Below are positions 33,748-43,393 of a DNA stretch of 64,000 nt, piece by piece; within the stretch, counting starts at the first letter, position 1, and each line of letters opens with the position of its first letter. The stretch covers positions 12,675 to 76,674 of the forward strand of contig JAGLDS010000002.1 of the NCBI GenBank assembly GCA_023145435.1. Reading direction: 5' to 3'. Origin of the DNA: Clostridiales bacterium. Lineage in GTDB: Bacteria; Bacillota; Clostridia; DUPQ01. Under the pieces are notes generated by a model. It ran no database searches. It had not been told where the DNA came from and saw only the letters and a list, made by a program, of their open reading frames with translations. Made by a program: the position numbers and the translations under genes.

Positions 33748-34392
33748 TTATCCTTCCTTTCTCAATAATCTTTTTTTTGCATTTTTTACGTGAAGATTAG
33801 TTAATTTTTCAGCCAGTTTACTGTCTTTATCACTAATCGCTTTATAAATTAATTTATGCTCTTCTAAAATCTCTTGTTTGAATTCCTTTGAAAACGAATC
33901 ATGTCTAGCTTTTTTTAAATTATGATGAAACATTGATAAAATATTTTTCAAAGTCTTTGAATTAGAACCTTTAAATATTAATTTATGAAATTCACTATCC
34001 ATTCTAACTAATCCTTTTATATCATCTCGCATTGTATAAAACTCTTGTAAGTCAATAATCTCTTGAAGTCTTTCCAACTCATCTTCACCCATTTTAAGTG
34101 CTGATTTTCTTGCAGCAAGGCCTTCAATTAATTCTCTGATTTCATATATATCTTCTATATCTTCTTTTGTAACTCCTGTTACTACAATACCTTTATTAGG
34201 GATGGTTTCTACTAATCCTTCTAACTCTAATTGTCTAATTGCTTCTCTAATGGGAGTTCTAGACACACCTAAGTCATTAGATAGCATATTTTCTGTTATT
34301 TTTTCTCCAGCTTTATATCTACCATTAATGATATCTTCTTCAATTTTAGTAAAGACCTGTTCTCTTAATGATCCATAATGTTCTTCATTCAT
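33748..34392 (-). CDS. GntR family transcriptional regulator (FadR-type, FCD domain)
   Basis: 214 aa. wHTH LSNDLGVSRTPIREAIRQLELEGLV plus a helical C-terminal FCD-like domain. 1-nt gap to citrate synthase. Confidence 0.88.
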   Translation of the reverse strand: MNEEHYGSLREQVFTKIEEDIINGRYKAGEKITENMLSNDLGVSRTPIREAIRQLELEGLVETIPNKGIVVTGVTKEDIEDIYEIRELIEGLAARKSALKMGEDELERLQEIIDLQEFYTMRDDIKGLVRMDSEFHKLIFKGSNSKTLKNILSMFHHNLKKARHDSFSKEFKQEILEEHKLIYKAISDKDSKLAEKLTNLHVKNAKKRLLRKEG

Positions 34393-34412
34393 ATTGCTAC
34401 CTCCTTAAGTCA

Positions 34413-34461
34413 TAATTGTATTATTGTATACAATTATACATATAGACAATATGCATGTCAA
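34413..34461 (-). promoter_or_regulatory. consensus sigma-A promoter with an overlapping palindromic GntR-type operator
   Basis: Minus strand: TTGACA (34461-34456), 17-nt spacer, TATAAT (34438-34433). The perfect 12-bp palindrome ATTGTATACAAT (34423-34434) overlaps the -10/TSS. A nested alternative is TAATTGTAT-n6-ATACAATTA (34413-34436). Confidence 0.6.
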
Positions 34462-34466
34462 ATCTT

Positions 34467-34964
34467 TTATGAAATATAATTAGTAATATCTGCTAATGTT
34501 AATGATGGATATGTTTGTATTAGTCCCTTAATTATAACATCTTTATATGATTGATGTGGTTTTGTTATTAACAAATTTTTAGAATTAGTAAAAGTAACAA
34601 TGTCTATTCCTTCATCTTGTCCAATAATAATTTTCTTGTTATACCACGATTTACCTTCTTGACACCATATTTGTTCGTATTGTTCTTTTGTTACTAGGTA
34701 CATTCTGCCATATGTAATAACTTTTGGATTTGGTATAGGATTTATAAAACAAACACCACCACCACCCCAAGATGATGAGCTCTTTGCAAAATACATTTTG
34801 TGATGAATTATCTTAGCTTTATTTTTAAGTGGCCATGTTTTATCAGTACATCCATTATACTTTTTATTATTAAATTCACAATATCCACCTGTTATATAAA
34901 ACTTAAAGCGTTCATCAAATATATTTGAACCATATGATAGATACCAATAATAATTATCACTCAT
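34467..34964 (-). CDS. gamma-glutamylcyclotransferase (GGCT/AIG2)-like protein
   Basis: 165 aa. The N-terminal YLSYGSNIFDERF matches the YGSN...R signature of the GGCT fold. Otherwise weakly recognisable. Confidence 0.45.
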   Translation of the reverse strand: MSDNYYWYLSYGSNIFDERFKFYITGGYCEFNNKKYNGCTDKTWPLKNKAKIIHHKMYFAKSSSSWGGGGVCFINPIPNPKVITYGRMYLVTKEQYEQIWCQEGKSWYNKKIIIGQDEGIDIVTFTNSKNLLITKPHQSYKDVIIKGLIQTYPSLTLADITNYIS

Positions 34965-35775
34965 TAGTAATCACCTTTTCTTTATTATTAATTAATTCTT
35001 CAAAAGTATCTCCTTTAGTAATTGATTCATATCCTTTAGTATTATATACATCACGTTTTTTCTGATATAGAGTATATGGTGGTTTCACCTTAACAACTGT
35101 AAATGAATTTGGTTCATTTTTAAATCGAATAGCCGCTTTTTTTGCTCCTTCATAAATCATTTTTCTAGCTTTTAGCGGTTGAACATGTATTGCCCCTGTA
35201 TTTAATTTGTAATATTCCTCATAAGGTAAATCTAGTCCGTCTCCGTTATCAAATGCTTCTTTAACAACAATAGTTTCTATCCCTTTACATAATTTAATTG
35301 CTTCTTTTTGAAAAGCACTATCACCTGCACCAAATATAGCTTTGATTCCAAGTGTTCCACCTCCAATACAGATTCGTCCAAATTCGCCAACTGAAATACC
35401 ATTTATTTGATAATCAATTAAAGTAAAATTACCTGTATGAGCCATATGAGCCCCTTTAGTAGATGCTTTTGCATGTTGTCCCACCCATGCTAATGCATTA
35501 ATATTCTTTTCGCGCATAATAAGCTGTGAAGAAAGTCCTCTAACATAATATGAACGTTCATCTAGTAATTCAATATCCAAAGCTCCTGGTCCATGACCAT
35601 CAAGAACATAAACGTTAGTAGCTCCTCCGTCAAAAAATCCTCTTATTGCTGCATTTGTTTCTTTTGTTAACAGCCGAATCGCTTTTTGATAATATGTAGA
35701 ACCTGGTCTGGTCCAATTATCTTTATCTACTATTCCTGCAACTGATTCTAAATCTGTTATTATTAAAATATTCAT
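34957..35775 (-). CDS. M55 family metallopeptidase (DppA-like D-aminopeptidase), second paralog
   Basis: 272 aa. TDLESVAGIV, LDGHGPG and WVGQHAKA blocks are parallel to 16808..17602. Confidence 0.72.
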   Translation of the reverse strand: MNILIITDLESVAGIVDKDNWTRPGSTYYQKAIRLLTKETNAAIRGFFDGGATNVYVLDGHGPGALDIELLDERSYYVRGLSSQLIMREKNINALAWVGQHAKASTKGAHMAHTGNFTLIDYQINGISVGEFGRICIGGGTLGIKAIFGAGDSAFQKEAIKLCKGIETIVVKEAFDNGDGLDLPYEEYYKLNTGAIHVQPLKARKMIYEGAKKAAIRFKNEPNSFTVVKVKPPYTLYQKKRDVYNTKGYESITKGDTFEELINNKEKVITNE

Positions 35776-36731
35776 TTTTTACCTCCAAAGAGTTCATTTT
35801 TCATATATGTAAAAGGCATTTCATTCCCTTTTTTTGATAAGTGTATATTATCATATCACCATTCTTTTGAATCAATACCACTAAAAAATTCAAACAAGTC
35901 AATCAAAGTTAAATCATTTTCTTTACAAAGGTTGTATTGACAATCAATTATAGGCTTAGTCTTTTAAGGGTCAGGCAAATATATATTACCGTTATCAGGG
36001 TCACTTGTCTTTGAATGAGGTGATGTCAATAAGATTATATCACAATTAGATTTTTTTATAATATATTGTTAGTATTCATATGATTCTTTTGGAGTCGAAT
36101 TGTTTCATCATTCGCTCCAATTATTAGTATTAATAAGTCAGGTCTATACTTTAATACTCGCTCATATAAGTTATCTGCTAACCACTTTGTTGTTTTAGAT
36201 CCACTACCTGTTAAATAAGTCATTGTTCCAACAGTTGAAAAGCCAATTATATTAAGCCTTATTTTATCAGTATTACAAATAATCTCACCATTGGTTATTG
36301 GGATACAAAGTATGTCATATCCTAAAAACATATTCTTATCACCAGCAGTTTTTACAACTTGTTTATCAACAATAATATTTCCTCCATTATTAGGATCTGT
36401 TAATAAGAAAAGATATCCTTTCTTAGTATTGAGTTCTATTGTCTCTCCTTGTTTCATTGTAAGACACACACCCTTTTGAAGAAAAGGAATCATTATCATA
36501 AATGATTCCTCACTAAAAAAAGTAATATTTGTTTGTATTCTTTCTAGAAGCTTTCTGCCAGAGATATAGCCTTCTTGATTAATAATGAAGTATTCTCTTA
36601 ATAAAAATGGCCATGATTTCATTCCTGGATAACAAAGATAAGCATCGCTCTTAGGAACATTCATAAAATCATATCTATTATATGCTAAAGAATCACCTGT
36701 AATTACAACTGACTTTTTTTTGACAATACAT
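35772..36731 (-). pseudogene. decayed SGNH/GDSL hydrolase gene (2 frameshifts at poly-A runs plus 2 in-frame stops)
   Basis: Hand translation. The ATG at 36731 is in a different frame from the GDS block I (VVITGDSLAYN, GDS at 36697-36689), with the shift at the A8 run 36714-36721. Track ORF 36056..36664 carries block III (IIGANDE) and ends at a TAA beside the A7 run 36051-36057. The remaining frame carries block V (DNIHLSKKGNE) but is broken by a TAA (35964-35966) and a TGA (35856-35858). Confidence 0.75.
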
Positions 36732-36745
36732 AAGAATAGTCTAAA

Positions 36746-37993
36746 TTATTGACAATACTCATCTTCTACTTTCTTAAAAGCATCTATTATCTGATTAATT
36801 TCAATTTCAGTCCAACTTTCATATAAATGTAAGTTAAAACAAGTAGCACATGTTTTTGCAACATTTTCACATATAATATCAGATGCATCACTTTTACCAT
36901 ATTGAGGTGCAGTCCAAGGAAATCCTTTTGTCCCATATGCTTTTTTGTTTATATACCAATCCATTAAGTGCGGTTGAGCAAATGAATAATCAGCTAATAG
37001 TTGAACTCCTTCTGCTATTACAGCTTCTAAGAACTCATTCTTTGAAACTGATATTTTGCTATTATCTATCTCCAATCGTAAAAACCAATAAGAAGGATTA
37101 GAACCATCTATTAGTGTTGGAATACTAATGGTTTTAAGTTTATGTAGTTGAGTAGCCATATATTTGACTAATTGTCTTCTCTTTTCTACAAGTTTTGGTA
37201 ATTTTTTTAATTGTTCAATCCCAATAGTTGCACTTAACTCATCCATATTAAAGTTTAGTGATGCTACAACATTAGTACTACCATCTTCTAACCCAAAAGG
37301 TTTTCCTCTATCAGCATATTGTCTTAATTTCCAATATACATCTTCATTTGTAGAATAAACTACTCCACCTTGACCACCTGTATTAAAGTGTTTTCCAAAC
37401 ATTGTAGAAAAACTAGCCACATGACCAAACGTTCCTACTAACTGTCCATTTAACTCACATAAGTGCGCTTGTGCGCAATCTTCTAAAACTAACAAATCAT
37501 GTTTTTTTGCAATTTCCATTATTGCATGCATATCGCAAGGTTCACCAGTTATATGCGCTACAATTATTGCTTTAGTTTTATCAGTTATTTTTTCTTCAAT
37601 TTTCAAAGGATCCATATTATATGTTCCTATAGCACTATCTATAATAACTGGTATGCAATTATTTAAAACAATTGGCATTATTCCACCTGGATCTGTAATT
37701 GGACTTACAATTACTTCTGAAAAAGGTTCTAGTTCTAAAGCTCTTAACGCAACGTAAACAGCATTAGTACCTGAATTAACACCATCTGCATAGCCTCCAC
37801 CCATTAACTTAACAAAATCATTACAGAATTGTTCTTCTTTTTCACCATTGTAACCAAATGCTTGTCCTGACTCTATGGCTTCATCAAATAATTTATTAAC
37901 TGCATTCTTTTCTTCAATACCAATATTGTATCTATTTTTTAATCCATCTTTTATAAATGGGGTTCCACCATTAATTGCTAATTTACTTTTCAT
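36746..37993 (-). CDS. DegT/DnrJ/EryC1/StrS family PLP-dependent (sugar) aminotransferase
   Basis: 415 aa. SGTNAVYVALRAL, and the PLP-lysine context SFSTMFGKHFNTGGQGG. Confidence 0.88.
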   Translation of the reverse strand: MKSKLAINGGTPFIKDGLKNRYNIGIEEKNAVNKLFDEAIESGQAFGYNGEKEEQFCNDFVKLMGGGYADGVNSGTNAVYVALRALELEPFSEVIVSPITDPGGIMPIVLNNCIPVIIDSAIGTYNMDPLKIEEKITDKTKAIIVAHITGEPCDMHAIMEIAKKHDLLVLEDCAQAHLCELNGQLVGTFGHVASFSTMFGKHFNTGGQGGVVYSTNEDVYWKLRQYADRGKPFGLEDGSTNVVASLNFNMDELSATIGIEQLKKLPKLVEKRRQLVKYMATQLHKLKTISIPTLIDGSNPSYWFLRLEIDNSKISVSKNEFLEAVIAEGVQLLADYSFAQPHLMDWYINKKAYGTKGFPWTAPQYGKSDASDIICENVAKTCATCFNLHLYESWTEIEINQIIDAFKKVEDEYCQ

Positions 37994-38080
37994 TAAATTC
38001 CTCCATTAAAGTTATTTATAATATTATATGAAATTTCCATCTAAAAGAAAATGTCAATCTGCTATTTAACTTAACATTTA

Positions 38081-39289
38081 TTATAATTCGCTAATTTTTA
38101 TATTTTTATTACTAATAATACTCTCATTAGCAGAAATTCCTATCATTGCAGAATCAATACCTGCTTGTAATGAAGCCATATGTCCAAGTGGATCTTTTAT
38201 ATCATCTAAGAATAGCATTTGTAATAATAATTGATCTCCTCCACCATGGTCGCCAGTAGATTTATTAATTACCTTTTCAATATGATTACCATTTATATCA
38301 TAAATGTTGATAGTATAAGTTTTATCATCTTTATGCTCACCTGTATGGTATTCAGCAATTTCTATTCGTCCTTTAGTCCCTAAAATTGATGCTTTAAAAC
38401 CTTCATAAGGATTGTATGCTGTTAATGAATATGTTAGGGTTGTATTTTTCTCATAGAGCACTCTAACTGACATAGTATCATATATATCAATAGATTTATC
38501 AAAAACGCAACCATCTCTATGGTAACCATCTTCAAACTCTGCATCAAAATAGAATTGCTTGAAATAATCTTGATTAATATAATCTACATAAAATTCACAT
38601 TTTTCATTATGTATACAAGTAGAACATCTCTCACCACTTATTTTACCATTTTCACCATAAAATTCTAATGAACCATGTGCAGAAACTGACAATGGGCGTT
38701 TATCTAACCACCAATTTACTAAATCAAAATGGTGGGTTGATTTATGAACTAGTAAACCACCTGACTTATTCATATATCTATGCCATCTTCTGTAATAGTC
38801 TGATCCATGGCTTCTACCTAATAAATATTCAAAATCAACATGATGTATTTCTCCAATAACATTTGTTGTTAGTAATTGCTTAATAGCAGTAACATATGGA
38901 GTGAATCGATAATTGAATGTTATTGTAATATTATTTGTAGATTTTTGATAAGCATCCTTTATAGCTTTGACTTTCTTAGAATCAGTTGCTAGTGGTTTTT
39001 CAACAATTACATCACAATTATATTTTAATACTTTAACAATAAACTCATGGTGATATGCATCTACTGTTGTAATTATTGCACAATCAGGTTTACATTCAAC
39101 CATCATTAAATCAAAATCAGTAAATATTGGTATTTCTGTACCTAACTGTTGATTGATATAATTCATTCTAGTAGTATTGATGTCAAACATCCCTACAATC
39201 CTTGCTTGTTTATTAAAATACTTCACCATATTTTTGGCATAAGTATTATATCCTCTTCCACTAGCTCCAACTAAAACATACTTTTTCAT
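38081..39289 (-). CDS. Gfo/Idh/MocA family NAD(P)-dependent oxidoreductase
   Basis: 402 aa. Rossmann fold VLVGASGRG and EKP motif (VIVEKPLA). C-terminal GDHGGGD motif shared with 22852..24138. Its start overlaps the stop of the upstream adaptor gene (ATGA at 39286-39289). Confidence 0.8.
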   Translation of the reverse strand: MKKYVLVGASGRGYNTYAKNMVKYFNKQARIVGMFDINTTRMNYINQQLGTEIPIFTDFDLMMVECKPDCAIITTVDAYHHEFIVKVLKYNCDVIVEKPLATDSKKVKAIKDAYQKSTNNITITFNYRFTPYVTAIKQLLTTNVIGEIHHVDFEYLLGRSHGSDYYRRWHRYMNKSGGLLVHKSTHHFDLVNWWLDKRPLSVSAHGSLEFYGENGKISGERCSTCIHNEKCEFYVDYINQDYFKQFYFDAEFEDGYHRDGCVFDKSIDIYDTMSVRVLYEKNTTLTYSLTAYNPYEGFKASILGTKGRIEIAEYHTGEHKDDKTYTINIYDINGNHIEKVINKSTGDHGGGDQLLLQMLFLDDIKDPLGHMASLQAGIDSAMIGISANESIISNKNIKISEL

Positions 39290-40374
39290 TTAACTATAAA
39301 AACCTTATCCCCTTCAACAAGTCCACTTAATACTTGTGTATAACCATTTGAACTTAATCCTATTTCAATTTCTCTTATAATTGTTTTATTATTTTCAACA
39401 AAATAAACATACTTTTTATCATCAACATCAGAATATATTGCGACTGTTTCAAGTAATAATATATCTTCTAGTTGAACTTCAACATATATTGCTGTCATTT
39501 CCTGTAAAAAGTATACACTATCAGGAACATTTTTAAAAAGAATATCTATATAATTCATTTCAAAATCATCCCCATATTGAAGAATAAATGTATTTATATC
39601 TCTAAAAATCATTCCATCATAAATTTGATTTATAACTTTAATTTTTATTTCATCTTCATTTTTTAGACCCATAAATTTATAATCTAGACTAGATATGATT
39701 TTTGGTTCTGCAAGTCCAAAATAAATTAATTCTTCATCAATCTCTTTTTCTGTAGAAATCCTTAAAATTCCGTTAGCTTTATTACAAACTAAAGCTATAT
39801 TCCCAATACTTTGATCACCTACTGATTTAAAAATTTCAATTATTTCACCTTCATCCGGTGCATATATAAAGCTATTATTATATAATTCGCGGTAGTCATC
39901 GAGTTGGTATTGTGAGGTAATAGCAATTAAATTATATAATTCTAATTGATACTGTTTTATAAGTTCATCTTCAAACTGCTCTTGTGCCTTTTTATAACGT
40001 ATTTTGGCTTGTTTTGTATAAATTTCTTGATAAAATATTTGCTCAGCAATTTCTTCACTATTTGCTTTAGCAATTAATTGTCCTTTTTCAATGTGATCAT
40101 TTACTCTTACAAGCAGTTCAGTTATAACTGAATTAATTTTACAGTCAATTATCAATACTTCTTCTTCATCAGGAATAAAAGTGCCATATTTACGTCGTTC
40201 TACAATTAAATTTCCAATATACGGAGAAATTGTATTAAGCTCATATTCACTTCCAGATAGTAACTCAGTTATATATATTGTATCTTTTTTAGGTAAATAT
40301 AAGTCACAAGAAGAAAGCAACAATGTTACTATCACTAATATAACAATTAATTCCAATAAATGTTTCTTTAGCAT
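39286..40374 (-). CDS. HlyD/MFP-like periplasmic-adaptor-type lipoprotein, class II (copy 2)
   Basis: 362 aa. Lipobox LLLSSC. Lipoyl-like hairpin VRVNDHIEKGQLIA, coiled-coil region, C-terminal VLSGLVEGDKV. Clearly paralogous to 44392..45459. TAATG overlap with the permease. Confidence 0.72.
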   Translation of the reverse strand: MLKKHLLELIVILVIVTLLLSSCDLYLPKKDTIYITELLSGSEYELNTISPYIGNLIVERRKYGTFIPDEEEVLIIDCKINSVITELLVRVNDHIEKGQLIAKANSEEIAEQIFYQEIYTKQAKIRYKKAQEQFEDELIKQYQLELYNLIAITSQYQLDDYRELYNNSFIYAPDEGEIIEIFKSVGDQSIGNIALVCNKANGILRISTEKEIDEELIYFGLAEPKIISSLDYKFMGLKNEDEIKIKVINQIYDGMIFRDINTFILQYGDDFEMNYIDILFKNVPDSVYFLQEMTAIYVEVQLEDILLLETVAIYSDVDDKKYVYFVENNKTIIREIEIGLSSNGYTQVLSGLVEGDKVFIVK

Positions 40375-43300
40375 TAATCTTCTCCTAGTTTAATAGCTTG
40401 ATCCATCTTAAGTTTATTAATAATACTTTTAATAATAAATATTCCGGCTATAATCATTATAAGTAACATACCATAAATACTAAGGTAATCGTATGGGTCT
40501 TTTTTCATGATAAAATCAAGCATCATCATATTCTCTTCATTAATAAATGAATATATTGGGATAAAGATATTACTTGCAATACTTCCTATTGGAATTGCAG
40601 CTATAATCGCAATTAAAAATACCCAAGCTTGTTCTCCTAAAACAATTAACATTAATTCTGTTTTTCTAATTCCAAGTGATCGCAAAATACCAAATTGTAA
40701 TTCTCGTTTTTTAATTGATACAAACCAGAAAATTATAAAACCAATAGCACAAATAATCAAGCTTATTAAAAAGTTTAATGTTAACGTACTATTCATTGTA
40801 TAAATTGATACTTCTTTTTTCATACTTTCAATTTCATAGTCAGTAAAATGAGAACCAAGTACACCTAAATTATTATCAATCATATACCTAATAACTTCAC
40901 TGTCTTTAACACCTTCTTTTTTCTTAGCAATAAATTTAATATCATTTTCGCTTGTGTATGAAACTAAAAAATTATAATCAACCACACAAAGTCCCATGCT
41001 CTTTTCATCATCTTTAATATATTCGTCTAAAAGTTTGTTGTATTCTGAATTTTTTGTATATCCAGGCCAGTAATCTACAATTTCTAAAATTAATAAATCA
41101 ATTGGTCTATAGCCATCTTCTAAATAGATACGATATGTGTCACCTATTTCTAATTTTTTTTCTAAAGCAACATTCCTAGAAATTATAATTCCGTTTCGGT
41201 ATTTAATTAAAAGACTTAAATAATAATTTAATGGGTGTTCATTAATAGTTTCTCTATACCAAACAGCCTTTGAGTATTCCTCTGGATTAATCCCTAAAAT
41301 CTGTAAATCAATATTATTAGGGTTTTCAACTAGCTTTGTATCAGTATCTTGACTATTACTATAAAAATGTCTGGGAATTTCCTTTTCAATAGGTAGATTT
41401 GTTAAACCTATTGATTGTAGTAAAGGAGTAACCATAATAAAATTTTCATATTCTTTTAAACCTTCATATAATCTTCGCTGATTTTGTAATATTCCTAGTG
41501 TCATTACTTTTTCGTATACTTTTAAATAATAGTATTCGCCATTATAAGGTGGTTTAATCCCTGTATCTTGAAAAATCAATATAGCTAACAAATGTGAAAT
41601 ACGCTGTTCTGTAGGTCTTATTATATAATCAATTGGTTTTATGATTATATCACTTTGATTTTGATGTTTTATCTCATCAATTAAATTTGCGTTAATAGAT
41701 CTTGCACTATTAGCATTAAAAATTCCGATACATACTGCAAACATTAAAAAAATCATAACAGTTTGCCTTATTTTATCTCCACGTTCAGCAAATAATAACG
41801 AGCTATAAAGTGTGACTTGTTTACTTCTCTTACCAATAGAACTAAATAACTTCATCATGAATGGATAAATCCTAGTAAAAAACATACTACTACCAAGCAT
41901 AAAAAAGGACGCAGCTATAAAAATAGGATAATATGAAGCCTGCTCAGAAGTTAGTGTAATAAGTGACCTAAAACTTTGATAATTAATAATTGAATAAATA
42001 GAAATAGTTAGTAAAATAACATCAATATACAGTTTTTCCCAAAATGGTTTATGTTTAAATAGTAATTCATCTGCTTTTAGTTGAATTATGTCATATTTTG
42101 AATAACGAATTACTGGAATTAACATTGATATATTAAAAAATACTAAAGCAACGAAAGCATATAGGAATACTTTCCATGTAACTTTAATTACTATATCGTC
42201 ACGTGAAATAAATTCTAAAAATCCATTCGATGCTCCTAAAAGTTTACAAATAAATACTGCAAGCAAAATCCCTAGAAAATATGATACTATGGAGATAATA
42301 AAACTATTATAAAAATATATTTTAATAATATGCTTTCTAGTAGCTCCTCTACTTTTCATAGTAGCGATTTCATTTTTCTCATTATTAATCAATAAATTAG
42401 TTATCATAGATATATATAGCGCAATCATAAATATAATTGGAATTATTAGCATAACAACTATCAATGATGTATTTTTTACATTATCTTCAAACTTTGCAAT
42501 TAGATGATTAAAATTAGTTTTTTGGCTTAAAAATCCATAATTATCCGTTATCCACTGCTCATTTTTGGCTAACCCTTTTGCGGTTTTGGGCACATCATAT
42601 AATTGGAAAGTATAAAAATCATATAGGTAAAACCAAGAAACTAAACCAATTTTAAATAATTCGTCATATGAGAATTGAGCTTTTAGAATATCAATATCAG
42701 CATATACTTGCTGGTTTGTTAAATTTAAATAACCATTAGTAGTTTTTTTGTCATAAACGATTCCAACAATCTTAAAAGTTCCACCTTTTATGATTTCATC
42801 ATCTAGTAAATAAGTTTCATATGTTTCATCTAACTTGAAATTATTTTGTCTCATAAACGCATCAGTAGCAACGACTTCTAAATAGTCATCATTTTTTTGG
42901 TACATCCGCCCTTTTGAAATTCCAACTAGTTCTTTGAAGTTTTCAATTGCAGTAACATAAACATCAGCATACCCTGAAGGTATTTGATAAATATCTTTAC
43001 CTATGATTGTAATTTCATTTGAATTACTGCTATTTTTTGTTTTATATTTAACAGAAGAAATTTCATTATAACTAGTAATTATATCAGCATGAATTTTTTT
43101 ACTTAAATCACTTTTTGTTTTTTCGTCATATAATTGATAAATAGAGAATTGATTTTCATCAATATATTCAAAATTTGCTTCAAATTGATATGTCATACCA
43201 ATTTCATTACCATTATTAATCATGTCTTCGAATTCGTTTGAAATACTATTATTTATAACAGAATAAGAATACATGGGAATCGCACCTGCCACAGCAATTG

Positions 43301-43376
43301 CTAGTGTACAACAGATTAGCAAACTGACGCTTATCCATCGATTAAATATGATTTTTCGCAAAACTATATTAATCAT
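40374..43376 (-). CDS. fused double-FtsX (MacB-type) ABC permease, about 10 TM with two large extracytoplasmic domains (permease 2)
   Basis: 1000 aa. N-terminal TM, a ~290-aa hydrophilic domain, TM cluster, a second ~270-aa domain, and 3 C-terminal TM helices. Both termini are conserved with 47090..49993 (RKI.FN.W at the N-terminus; MDQA.KLGED at the C-terminus). Confidence 0.85.
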   Translation of the reverse strand: MINIVLRKIIFNRWISVSLLICCTLAIAVAGAIPMYSYSVINNSISNEFEDMINNGNEIGMTYQFEANFEYIDENQFSIYQLYDEKTKSDLSKKIHADIITSYNEISSVKYKTKNSSNSNEITIIGKDIYQIPSGYADVYVTAIENFKELVGISKGRMYQKNDDYLEVVATDAFMRQNNFKLDETYETYLLDDEIIKGGTFKIVGIVYDKKTTNGYLNLTNQQVYADIDILKAQFSYDELFKIGLVSWFYLYDFYTFQLYDVPKTAKGLAKNEQWITDNYGFLSQKTNFNHLIAKFEDNVKNTSLIVVMLIIPIIFMIALYISMITNLLINNEKNEIATMKSRGATRKHIIKIYFYNSFIISIVSYFLGILLAVFICKLLGASNGFLEFISRDDIVIKVTWKVFLYAFVALVFFNISMLIPVIRYSKYDIIQLKADELLFKHKPFWEKLYIDVILLTISIYSIINYQSFRSLITLTSEQASYYPIFIAASFFMLGSSMFFTRIYPFMMKLFSSIGKRSKQVTLYSSLLFAERGDKIRQTVMIFLMFAVCIGIFNANSARSINANLIDEIKHQNQSDIIIKPIDYIIRPTEQRISHLLAILIFQDTGIKPPYNGEYYYLKVYEKVMTLGILQNQRRLYEGLKEYENFIMVTPLLQSIGLTNLPIEKEIPRHFYSNSQDTDTKLVENPNNIDLQILGINPEEYSKAVWYRETINEHPLNYYLSLLIKYRNGIIISRNVALEKKLEIGDTYRIYLEDGYRPIDLLILEIVDYWPGYTKNSEYNKLLDEYIKDDEKSMGLCVVDYNFLVSYTSENDIKFIAKKKEGVKDSEVIRYMIDNNLGVLGSHFTDYEIESMKKEVSIYTMNSTLTLNFLISLIICAIGFIIFWFVSIKKRELQFGILRSLGIRKTELMLIVLGEQAWVFLIAIIAAIPIGSIASNIFIPIYSFINEENMMMLDFIMKKDPYDYLSIYGMLLIMIIAGIFIIKSIINKLKMDQAIKLGED

Positions 43377-43393
43377 TAACAGTTTTGTAATTG

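Noticed and set aside
35856-35858. The in-frame TGA in the SGNH gene (…KEW*YDNIH…) as evidence for a TGA=Trp (Mollicute, code 4) genetic code.
   Set aside because: TGA clearly acts as a stop elsewhere, for example the addB stop at 6986-6988 and the adaptor stop at 39286-39288, both in ATGA overlaps. The same gene also carries a TAA and two frameshifts. All long ORFs read cleanly with code 11.
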